A DNA stretch of 55,350 nt, taken from positions 1 to 55,350 of the forward strand of contig CALBFP010000230.1 in assembly GCA_937894115.1 (NCBI GenBank). Direction: 5' to 3'. Under the pieces are notes generated by a model. The model was not told where the DNA came from. It saw nothing but the letters and a program-made list of their open reading frames with translations, and searched no databases. Position numbers and translations under genes: made by a program. Positions within the stretch are counted from its first letter, which is position 1. Each line of letters starts with the position of its first letter. Below are positions 25,885 to 34,004 of this stretch, piece by piece. The stretch is from an uncultured euryarchaeote (lineage in GTDB: Archaea; Thermoplasmatota; Poseidoniia; Poseidoniales; Poseidoniaceae).

Positions 25885-28557
25885 ATGAGAGAGCGAGCGT
25901 TAGGCCTCATCGGTTTGCTTTTTCTTTCTGTACTTTCAACGGCAATGGCAGTCCCTGAAGAAGACCCCAATTTTCAGCCATCGCACACCGGACCTGACTT
26001 TCCAGTAGGTTACGTTGATTTCAGTTCCGAATCCGGCTCTTTTGAATCCGATCACCGTCTGGTTTATCCGGCTATGTACAGTGGTGAGGAAAAGGAAATG
26101 GCTGGAAATGGCCCGTTCCCCTGGGTTCTCTTGCTCATTGATGAAAACGAATCTCCGGACAACTACATGCTCGTTTCAACGCGCATCGCTCAACGAGGTA
26201 CAATGGTCTACATCCACTCCGAATTGAACTCAGACACAAATCCAACATGGCAGAGCCTCATCGACTCCATTCTCGATGTTCAATCATGGATGAAAGATGC
26301 GAATCAAACCAACGATGTTGTCCTTGGCATGTACGGTTCCGTTGACGAAAATCATTGGGGTTTGATCGGGCACGGCTATGGAGCAACTTATGCTGCGAAT
26401 GTCTACGTTAACTGGGAGAATCTTGTCACTGACGGGACGCTCCAACCTCCACGGGCGTTGGTCGGATTGGCGATGCAAGTAGAGGAGGTTCAGGATCCAA
26501 TTGTCATCAGTGGGGGGGTTCCCAATGTTGCTCTTTTCATAACAGGAAGCGCTGATGAGGTCGCACCTGCAACGGAACACGTAATCCCAGTACTGGAAAA
26601 TGTCGATGGACTTGCATGGCAAATACTGCACTCGCTGGGGGCAAATCACTATCAGTATCAAGACTCGACATCGTTCTTTGAAAATCTGAACGATGGAGAT
26701 GCATCGTTGACACAAGAAGAACAAATTGATCACGCAATGGAGCATATTTTGCCGTATTTCGATCTCACCTTGCGTGGAGATCATTCCAAGTTCCGAGAGG
26801 CGTTCAATCGGGAAACGAACCTCTATTCTTCTTCGGATTCAAACGGTTATGTCGATGAGTTGCTCGATGATGCAAAATTGATCAAAATAACAAACGTCAC
26901 AAGTCTAAATGGAACGATTTTTGGTCCACAAGACAATGCTGAATTTGAGGCGTTTTGGTCCATGAGAAATGGAGACGTCCATGCAGATCTTCCTTCATCA
27001 TGGACGATTGAGGGTCATTGTCTCTTGAACAATCTGACAACCTATCAAGCCGTAATTGAAAACAACAAAGTCTCGTGTACGATACCAATGCAAGGTATAG
27101 CTCCGGGGCCACATGAACTTCGACTTGTCGTCTCGGTAGAAGGTGGAACAGGATTTGAGAGTTTTGAGTTTAATCGAACCAACGACCCAATTGTACTGGT
27201 GGAACCATTACCAGAATTTCTTCTTCCACAACGTGGATCTGTTCGCATAAATGCCTCGGAAATTGCTTCGGATCCAGACGGTCAGGCGATTCGTATCGTG
27301 AGTGCAAATTTGCTTGAAAATCAATCGCATTTTAACATCGTTGTGGACCAGGACTCTTCTTCTGCAATGTTGTATCATGCGCTGGATGAGGAGTGGGAGG
27401 GAACGACTCGTGTTGAGCTTTTGTTGAGGGCTGAAGGAGAGATTCTCGATGAAGTAGTCGTAACTGTCATTGGACGCATAACTCCGGTGGACGACCAGAT
27501 TATACAGCTGTCTATGATTGAACAGCAAACACTCATCGAAGATGGTCAAAGCATTTTTATCAACTATGAGGATTACTTCTTCGACCCAGAACAACAACCA
27601 CTGACGGTTTTGATTAACGGAATGAATCAAGGTTCGGGAGCGAAGGTTTCTTGGAACGTTTCCAGTGACTTGCAACGTGTTCAATTCACACCGCTTCCTA
27701 ATGCGAACGGTGCAGAAGTCCTTCAGTTGTCCATTTCTGATGGTGTTAATCCTTCTCTAATTGTCGACGTACCCCTTCGTATTGAGGCCGTAAACGATGA
27801 ATTCGTTGTCGATGAAACCGCTTGGTCGATTACGATGGAGGAAGAAGAAACCGTCCTTCTGAATCTCTCGGAATTTGCAACAGACATCGATGGAGATGCA
27901 TTGACTTGGACGGTTGAAACCAACGGAAATTCAAAGGCAATGCTTGCCTTATCTGGCCAAGAATTGCTTGTCTCTGCCTTGCTTGATGAGTGGGGTTTGG
28001 ACTCAGGTTGGTGGTTAAACGTGACCGATGGAACGGAAACCTATTCTCGAATCGTGAACATCACCATCGAACCATTGCCCGATCGGCCAACTCTTTCAAA
28101 CACATCGGTTGAAAAAACCGGTGATTCTGAATTAACACTTCGATGGGAGTGGAGCGATAAGGACGGGGATGAGATGGACGTCTTCCTTCAGTTTGATGGC
28201 GTCGATGTTATCGGCCAACGCAATTGCGATGCGAACGGGACTTGTCTTGAACGGGTCGATATCGAGATTGTGCCTGGATTGTACGTCAGCATCGATATTG
28301 TCGCTCGGGACGACTCGTTTTCCGATGTAGTATCAAGATTGCAGTATGTAGTTCCTGAAGAACAATCAACACCATCGTTGAGTGACGATATTGAATCAAA
28401 TTCAAGTGGGACCATGGTTGCAGTTGCCATTACACTACCGCTTCTTTGCATCATTGGTTGGTTGCTGTATCAAATCAGAAAGCCACCGAAAAATCCAGTG
28501 GAAGATACCTCAGCCGGAGGCCTACTCGCTCGTGCTGAAACAATGAATCGGTCATAG
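25885..28557 (+). CDS. Secreted, membrane-anchored alpha/beta-hydrolase-like protein with cadherin/Ig-like repeats
   Basis: Signal peptide MRERALGLIGLLFLSVLSTAMA. Hydrolase-like VYPA...GPFP, GLIGHGYG, TGSAD, GANH. Repeats DPDGQ/DPEQQ/DIDGD/DKDGD and PVDD/AVND. C-terminal TM. Confidence 0.8.
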   Translation: MRERALGLIGLLFLSVLSTAMAVPEEDPNFQPSHTGPDFPVGYVDFSSESGSFESDHRLVYPAMYSGEEKEMAGNGPFPWVLLLIDENESPDNYMLVSTRIAQRGTMVYIHSELNSDTNPTWQSLIDSILDVQSWMKDANQTNDVVLGMYGSVDENHWGLIGHGYGATYAANVYVNWENLVTDGTLQPPRALVGLAMQVEEVQDPIVISGGVPNVALFITGSADEVAPATEHVIPVLENVDGLAWQILHSLGANHYQYQDSTSFFENLNDGDASLTQEEQIDHAMEHILPYFDLTLRGDHSKFREAFNRETNLYSSSDSNGYVDELLDDAKLIKITNVTSLNGTIFGPQDNAEFEAFWSMRNGDVHADLPSSWTIEGHCLLNNLTTYQAVIENNKVSCTIPMQGIAPGPHELRLVVSVEGGTGFESFEFNRTNDPIVLVEPLPEFLLPQRGSVRINASEIASDPDGQAIRIVSANLLENQSHFNIVVDQDSSSAMLYHALDEEWEGTTRVELLLRAEGEILDEVVVTVIGRITPVDDQIIQLSMIEQQTLIEDGQSIFINYEDYFFDPEQQPLTVLINGMNQGSGAKVSWNVSSDLQRVQFTPLPNANGAEVLQLSISDGVNPSLIVDVPLRIEAVNDEFVVDETAWSITMEEEETVLLNLSEFATDIDGDALTWTVETNGNSKAMLALSGQELLVSALLDEWGLDSGWWLNVTDGTETYSRIVNITIEPLPDRPTLSNTSVEKTGDSELTLRWEWSDKDGDEMDVFLQFDGVDVIGQRNCDANGTCLERVDIEIVPGLYVSIDIVARDDSFSDVVSRLQYVVPEEQSTPSLSDDIESNSSGTMVAVAITLPLLCIIGWLLYQIRKPPKNPVEDTSAGGLLARAETMNRS

Positions 28558-30114
28558 AGGAATGTTACCGTGCTTTTTAGGAGGACTCCATTCTCGTTTT
28601 GACCGGAGAATTGCGAGTGCTCTACACAAGCGCAATCGGCTTTCCTTTGGTTCGATAACATCGTCCAACCAACCGTTGCGTGCTGCAACATAGGGATCGC
28701 CAAATTTCGCTTTGTATTCCTCAACCAGTCTTTGTCGGACTTCGTCTTTTTGTTCTTCATCGGCAGCGTTGATAATTCTGCGATGAATGATGTTGACCGC
28801 GCCCTCAGCACCCATTACTGCGAGTTCAGCTGTAGGCCAAGCGACGTTGTAATCGCTTTGCAGGTGTTTGCAAGACATTGCAAGATACGCTCCTCCGTAG
28901 GCTTTACGTGTTACAAGGGTCAATTTTGGTACGGTGGCTTCCGCATATGCAAACAGCAACTTTGCACCATGTCGTATGATTCCTCCCCACTCTTGAACAA
29001 CTCCGGGAAGGAAGCCTGGAACGTCTTCAAACGTTACCAATGGAATGTTGAACGCATCGCAAAGCCGTATGAACCGTGCTGCCTTTATCGATGCGTCGAT
29101 GTCCAAGCAGCCGGCAAGGACATTCGGTTGATTGCCGACCACGCCAATACTTCGTCCGTTAAGGCGGGAAAACCCGATGATGATGTTCTCAGCGTAGTTT
29201 GGAAACAGCTCAAGAAATTCACCGTCATCGACGATTTCTTTGACCACACCAACCATGTCGTAAGGTCGGTTGGGGTTGTCTGGAACCATCGTTTCAAGTT
29301 CATCGTTCATCCGCTCAATAGGATCTTCTGTAGGATGGTGTGGGGGTTCTGCGTCGTTGTGGTCAGGGAGATAGGAGAGAAGTTCTTGAACCAGAAAGAA
29401 CGCATCGTCTTCATCTTCTGCAACCAAACATGCAATTCCTGAGCGCGAAGCATGAAGATTTGCACCCCCCAATCCAGCCGCATCAACCTCTCCCCGCTGA
29501 ACTTCTGGTGTTTCCAAAGGTGAAGAGAGGAACAGTTGCCCATGCTCCTCACCAAGTATCGTAAAATCGGATAGGCTCGCTGCCAAAGCAGAAACCCCGA
29601 CTACAGGGCCCAATACGAGACTAATCAGTGGAACTCTTCCGCTGCATTGCACCAAACGATCGAGCAATTCTCCTGTACCTGCAAGTGCATCAATCCCATC
29701 ATGGGCTCGTTGGCCGCCACCATCCCAAACACAAACGAGTGGGGTTTTCGAACGTTCAGCCATCTCCACTAGTTTGGCAATTTTCTTGGCGTGCATTTCT
29801 CCCATCGAACCACCATGCACGCTGAAATCCTGAGTAAAGCAGTAAACACGCCGGCCGTCGATGGTACCGTGCCCTGTAACGACGCCATCGCCTAAAGTTT
29901 CGTGGAGGAACATATTGTGATCCATTGTTCGATGAGTCACGAAGGTGTCAATTTCAACAAAGGATTCAGGATCGAGCAACAAATCCATCCGATCGCGAGC
30001 GGTTCCACGCCCCGTTGCTCGAATGGCCTCAAGGGCCTTGCGTCCACCACCTGCCTTGGCACGTTCACGGTTGGACCGTAACTCGGACATGGGGTCTCCG
30101 TTGGGAGTTGCCAT
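28552..30114 (-). CDS. Acyl-CoA carboxylase carboxyltransferase (beta) subunit, PccB/MmdA family
   Basis: TARDRMDLLLD..SF.E, GDGVVTG.G.IDGR, QDFSV.GGS.G, DVPGFLPG..QE.GGIIRHGAKLL, RKAYGGAY, KKHGNIPL. Start chosen at MATPNG (30114) to avoid overlap with gatD. Confidence 0.93.
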   Translation of the reverse strand: MATPNGDPMSELRSNRERAKAGGGRKALEAIRATGRGTARDRMDLLLDPESFVEIDTFVTHRTMDHNMFLHETLGDGVVTGHGTIDGRRVYCFTQDFSVHGGSMGEMHAKKIAKLVEMAERSKTPLVCVWDGGGQRAHDGIDALAGTGELLDRLVQCSGRVPLISLVLGPVVGVSALAASLSDFTILGEEHGQLFLSSPLETPEVQRGEVDAAGLGGANLHASRSGIACLVAEDEDDAFFLVQELLSYLPDHNDAEPPHHPTEDPIERMNDELETMVPDNPNRPYDMVGVVKEIVDDGEFLELFPNYAENIIIGFSRLNGRSIGVVGNQPNVLAGCLDIDASIKAARFIRLCDAFNIPLVTFEDVPGFLPGVVQEWGGIIRHGAKLLFAYAEATVPKLTLVTRKAYGGAYLAMSCKHLQSDYNVAWPTAELAVMGAEGAVNIIHRRIINAADEEQKDEVRQRLVEEYKAKFGDPYVAARNGWLDDVIEPKESRLRLCRALAILRSKREWSPPKKHGNIPL

Positions 30115-30152
30115 GTGTCCACCAGAACCGATAAGGTTCTTCATCGAATCGC

Positions 30153-31496
30153 TTAGTTGAGAATGGTTTGTTGCTGTTCTCCAAACACGTTCTGACCCAT
30201 TACGGATGGTACATCGAGTTGGTTTGAAAGTGCATGATGGAGTTTTACAATCGCTGCTTCGGGTGACGATGTAATGCCGTGACCAAGCAAACCAATTTCT
30301 TGTTGAATCCGTCCTTTTGAGTAAACGTTCATGTTGATTGGTCCGTGAATGCACTGGTTGACGATTAATACGGGGACTGCAAGGTTTTCAAGGGATGCTC
30401 GAAGTTCTGCATTCTGAGGGGCGTCATCGTTTGAATTCTCGATTGGTAAGTGACCCAAACCGGTACCATGGATGACCAATGCGTCGGCTTCGGAGGAAAC
30501 AGCATCCTCTATTTCACGCGCCGTAAGCCAAGGCCCAGCAACCATTTGTCGAACAACAATTGATTCATCATAGCGGTCGGCTTTGCTTGTGATCGGTCTT
30601 GGTGTTGTGTTTTTTCGAGCCTCTTCATAGTGTTGGCTCAGTTCGAGTTGATTGTGTTGATCTCCAATACGAACCGTGGCGAGTGGTGTTGTGTTGACAG
30701 GACGAAAGGCATCCCTTCGACTCGAGTGCAACTTCCGAACCCCTGTTGCGGCGTGAATTGAGCACGATCCATCGTCGCTCGTTGTGTGCATCGAGACGAC
30801 AACCGCATCGCTAAGCTGACCGGTTGGCGCAGGTCCTTCTGCTGACCATTTTACTGCTGCAATGAGGTTCTGTGCGGCGTCGGATGATGCTCGATCGCTC
30901 GATCGTTGGGATCCGACAAATGCGATGCGGCCGGGTGGATTTCCGCCCTGGCCGCACCAAGCAAAGGCCAAAGCAGAGGCAGTGATGTGAAGTGTATCGG
31001 TTCCGTGGGTGACAACAACGCCAACGCACCCCTCTTCGAACGCTTTTTCGGTGGCTTCGATAACAAGATTCCAATGAACAGGTCGAATATCCTCACTGAA
31101 CATATTTCCTATTTTATGGACCTCAAGGTTTGCAATTTTCAACAATTCAGGGACGTGTTCGAGCAATTCTGAAGGTTCAAACTGAGCGGTGACGGCTCCA
31201 GTTGTGTAATCAACTTTTGAAGCGATGGTTCCACCGGTGTGAATGATTCGTACTGTAGGGAGGTCTTGCGCATGTACTGGTTTGATTTCTTGAGTAGGAT
31301 TTGATGAATCTGGTTTTTGCGACGAAAGAATTTCTACTGCATCAAGCGGATGGCTTACATTGTATCCGTTTGCCAGTTTGATGGTAATGTGACCCTCAAT
31401 TGCTGGGGGCAAAACAACGCCTTCAATTTCCGTTTTTCCTTCGTGCGTCAAGATTCTAAGATGAACGTGATTACCTGCCTCAAGATCTTGTGCCAT
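30153..31496 (-). CDS. gatD: Glu-tRNA(Gln) amidotransferase subunit D
   Basis: N-terminal IKLANGYNV, HTGGTIASKVDYTTGAV, THGTDT, GSQRSSDRASSD, RKLHSSRRDAF, GTGLGH, NMNVYSKGR. The ORF's longer 5' extension overlaps the tRNA and was trimmed. Confidence 0.95.
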   Translation of the reverse strand: MAQDLEAGNHVHLRILTHEGKTEIEGVVLPPAIEGHITIKLANGYNVSHPLDAVEILSSQKPDSSNPTQEIKPVHAQDLPTVRIIHTGGTIASKVDYTTGAVTAQFEPSELLEHVPELLKIANLEVHKIGNMFSEDIRPVHWNLVIEATEKAFEEGCVGVVVTHGTDTLHITASALAFAWCGQGGNPPGRIAFVGSQRSSDRASSDAAQNLIAAVKWSAEGPAPTGQLSDAVVVSMHTTSDDGSCSIHAATGVRKLHSSRRDAFRPVNTTPLATVRIGDQHNQLELSQHYEEARKNTTPRPITSKADRYDESIVVRQMVAGPWLTAREIEDAVSSEADALVIHGTGLGHLPIENSNDDAPQNAELRASLENLAVPVLIVNQCIHGPINMNVYSKGRIQQEIGLLGHGITSSPEAAIVKLHHALSNQLDVPSVMGQNVFGEQQQTILN

Positions 31497-31536
31497 GGTG
31501 CTCGGAATGGTTTCCAGCCCTTCAACAATGCGATGG

Positions 31537-31667
31537 TGGTGCCGGGAGCGGGGCTCGAACCCGCGACCTTCGGATGTCTCAGACACCACAAGGGGCTTTG
31601 CACGTCATACGATCGCCTTGAAGGCTGCCCTATGAGTCCGACGCGCTACCAACTACGCCACCCCGGC
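31537..31667 (-). tRNA. tRNA-Met(CAT), elongator type, with 55-nt intron (31576-31630) at position 37/38
   Basis: Reverse complement reads GCCGGGG...TCGGA-CTCATA[intron]A-TCCGA...GGTTCGAGCC...TCCCGGC-ACCA. Bulge-helix-bulge present: CTCA/TGAG central helix, bulges TA^G and AC^A. Spliced length 76 nt with CCA encoded. Confidence 0.93.
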
Positions 31668-31763
31668 CTATCTTCGCCTGCAAAATCCCCCATTTGAAGA
31701 ATGCGGGTTCAATGCGTGAAAATCAACCGCATCCTTCATTCACTCTCACACGTCCGGAGGGGT

Positions 31764-32678
31764 ATGGTCGACCTCTCGACGGCGATGACTGCGGCTCAAG
31801 CAGAGCGTCGCTCTCGTACGCAGGGCGATGACCGAGAAAAAAAGGTACGTCGAACAGGTCGAAACCTTGGAATTGAACCGTTTGATCCTGTAAAACACGT
31901 CCAAAAAGAGAAAGCGGACACTGCTTCGATGTGGCTCGTGCTGGGATTCTCGTTAACCGTCACACTGCTTATGCGCTATGTTTTGATGGGTTCGACGGAT
32001 CCTGACAATTCGAAAATTTTGTACATCCTTCCATTGACATGTATCTTCCTTATACCGACCCTACACCGCACTGTTATGCCAGAACGATTTGTCGAACACT
32101 ATGGTGGCGGTACGTGGTTCAAATCTGCCTTCTTGCACACATTCACATTCCTTGCATTGTCGTTCCTTCTCGTTAACCCACCGTTTGGCGACATTGCGGC
32201 TCCCGAACTGGCAAGCAAATGGACCGTCGTTACTGATGACGGTGAAGACATAACCTATCCCGAAGACATGGCTACATCGGGTTCGACACTGACATGGTTC
32301 ACGGATGGCTCGCCGGTTCTTGCAGGGGATGCATGGCTGTTGTTTGGTTTGATGGACAACGTCAATTCAGACGGTGCAGTCGTTGAGGTCACCAGAGAAT
32401 ATCAAGCCAACGTTACCGTTTTGGAAGAGAACGTCTCGTATTGGTTAAACGAATTTGAGCGGATTCAAAACGGGACAGTGCATGACCCTTCAAACAATTC
32501 TGTGCCTGATTTGACCCCACACGGTGAATTGGACCAGCCTTTCTCCATCCATCTCGGAACGAATTTAGGCGAAGGGACGCACAAGATTACTGTAATCATT
32601 ACCGAACAAGGTGACCCGTGGGAAAACGTCCAATCCTACACGTGGAATCTTGTCGTTACGAGCGAAGTTGCGGCTTAG
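31764..32678 (+). CDS. Hypothetical membrane protein (3 TM plus extracellular C-domain)
   Basis: GGAGGGG SD-like sequence before ATG 31764. Charged N-terminus, three hydrophobic helices, then an acidic beta-rich domain. Confidence 0.75.
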   Translation: MVDLSTAMTAAQAERRSRTQGDDREKKVRRTGRNLGIEPFDPVKHVQKEKADTASMWLVLGFSLTVTLLMRYVLMGSTDPDNSKILYILPLTCIFLIPTLHRTVMPERFVEHYGGGTWFKSAFLHTFTFLALSFLLVNPPFGDIAAPELASKWTVVTDDGEDITYPEDMATSGSTLTWFTDGSPVLAGDAWLLFGLMDNVNSDGAVVEVTREYQANVTVLEENVSYWLNEFERIQNGTVHDPSNNSVPDLTPHGELDQPFSIHLGTNLGEGTHKITVIITEQGDPWENVQSYTWNLVVTSEVAA

Positions 32679-32851
32679 GACAACAAGTCTGAATGTTGTT
32701 TCAATATGCGATCGAGTACAGAATCGATTTTTGCAGACATGCGCAGTTCGGCGGTTTTTTGGTTGAGTTGTTCCATTCTGTAACCACGAATCAAACCGGC
32801 TAGCGGCGTCCATGACAACAAATCGAGTAAGACATCAAATCCTTGTTTCAT
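32675..32851 (-). CDS. Possible small hypothetical protein (58 aa)
   Basis: ATG-initiated ORF filling the gap between rfcS and the convergent membrane gene, with amphipathic helical composition. No family recognised. Confidence 0.4.
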   Translation of the reverse strand: MKQGFDVLLDLLSWTPLAGLIRGYRMEQLNQKTAELRMSAKIDSVLDRILKQHSDLLS

Positions 32852-32915
32852 GAACCTGCGAAACGTGAAGTCAATACCACGTTGTTGGAGAGACTCTTTG
32901 CAAAGTGAAAGTGAA

Positions 32916-33875
32916 TTATTGACCTCGCAGCATCGAGACAAGTTTTGCAGTCATAGCATCGAGTTGTATACGTTCGCCCCCTCCTTCAACGAGTCGATAA
33001 TCAACATCCGCCATTATCTCGGTGAGCTCGAGTTTGTCCATCTCAGAAATGAAATCGACGTTGTACAACTCGCGATGAAGTTGTCCGACAAAATCAGTTC
33101 CAGCCAACCCATATTTGTTGAGGAGTTCCTGCAGTCTTCTTCGAGCCGCATGAAAGCCATCGTCTTTGCAAGCCATGATGTACTGATGAAGTGCTTCAGG
33201 AGGAGCGGTTGCTGATGTTTCGTAGACAATGGATCGAGTAATCGTGTCGCTGATTGCGGCAGAAACCTGTAAAGCTGTGATGGCTCTTCTCAGGTCTCCT
33301 TGTGCAATTTTTGCCAGTGCTTCAGCAGCGTCATCGTCGAGGGATACACCCTCTTGCGTCGCTACGTGCTTGACTTGATCGAGAACTTCGGAATCAGCCA
33401 AAGGTCGAAATCGAAACACTGCGCAACGGGACTGTATGGGTTCGATAACTTTCGATGAATAGTTGCATGAAAGGATGAAGCGGCAGGTCTCAGCGTATTG
33501 TTCCATAATCCGACGCAGTGCTCCTTGAGCATCGTTGGTGAGTGCATCGGACTCATCGAGAAAAATAATCTTGAATTTGGCCTCCCCGTACGGCTGGGTC
33601 CGGGCGAATTGTTTGACTTTTGATCGGATTTTATCCAATCCTCTTTCATCGGATGCATTCATTTCGAGTAGGTTGTCTCGATACTGCTCTCCAAAGACGT
33701 CTTTTGTCAATGCCATAGCAGCTGTCGTCTTGCCGGTACCTGGTGGACCTGCGAAGAGAAGGTGAGGGAATTCTTTGTGTTCAGCGTACACAGTCAAGCG
33801 ATTCACAACAGAGGCTTGACCTCGTATTTCGACGACACTTTGGGGGCGATGTCGCTCGACCCAGAGTTCGCTCAT
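32916..33875 (-). CDS. rfcS: Replication factor C small subunit
   Basis: LWVERHRP, Walker A GPPGTGKTT, LEMNASDERG, Walker B FLDESD, ALRRIME, SRC motif, GDLRRAI. Confidence 0.97.
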   Translation of the reverse strand: MSELWVERHRPQSVVEIRGQASVVNRLTVYAEHKEFPHLLFAGPPGTGKTTAAMALTKDVFGEQYRDNLLEMNASDERGLDKIRSKVKQFARTQPYGEAKFKIIFLDESDALTNDAQGALRRIMEQYAETCRFILSCNYSSKVIEPIQSRCAVFRFRPLADSEVLDQVKHVATQEGVSLDDDAAEALAKIAQGDLRRAITALQVSAAISDTITRSIVYETSATAPPEALHQYIMACKDDGFHAARRRLQELLNKYGLAGTDFVGQLHRELYNVDFISEMDKLELTEIMADVDYRLVEGGGERIQLDAMTAKLVSMLRGQ

Positions 33876-33936
33876 GAGAGGCTTGAATAGGCGAGCCTCC
33901 TTCAACATTCGGTTCGGTCATGTTCGAACTTAACGG

Positions 33937-33962
33937 CGCCCCCCTTTAGGGGGGCGTACGCC
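33937..33962. promoter_or_regulatory. Palindromic element in the divergent rfcS / giant-gene intergenic region
   Basis: CGCCCCCC-TTTA-GGGGGGCG (33937-33956) overlapping a second palindrome GGCGTACGCC (33953-33962). Confidence 0.5.
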
Positions 33963-34004
33963 GAATCAGTCATAACCTCTCACGCCTTAGGTCGAACGAG
34001 CGCC

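Noticed and set aside
30115-30354. 80-aa N-terminal extension of the carboxyltransferase in the ORF track
   Set aside because: Overlaps the gatD 3' end. Family similarity begins only near MATPNG/MSELR.
31497-31589. N-terminal extension of GatD
   Set aside because: Runs through the tRNA-Met gene, so it is an artefact of longest-ORF calling.
18837-31667. Possible integrated element bounded by the two tRNAs
   Set aside because: No integrase and no duplicated tRNA 3' end seen. The contents are housekeeping genes.
32916-33875. Intein in RFC small subunit (a common archaeal intein host)
   Set aside because: Protein is normal length (319 aa) with contiguous Walker A and downstream motifs.
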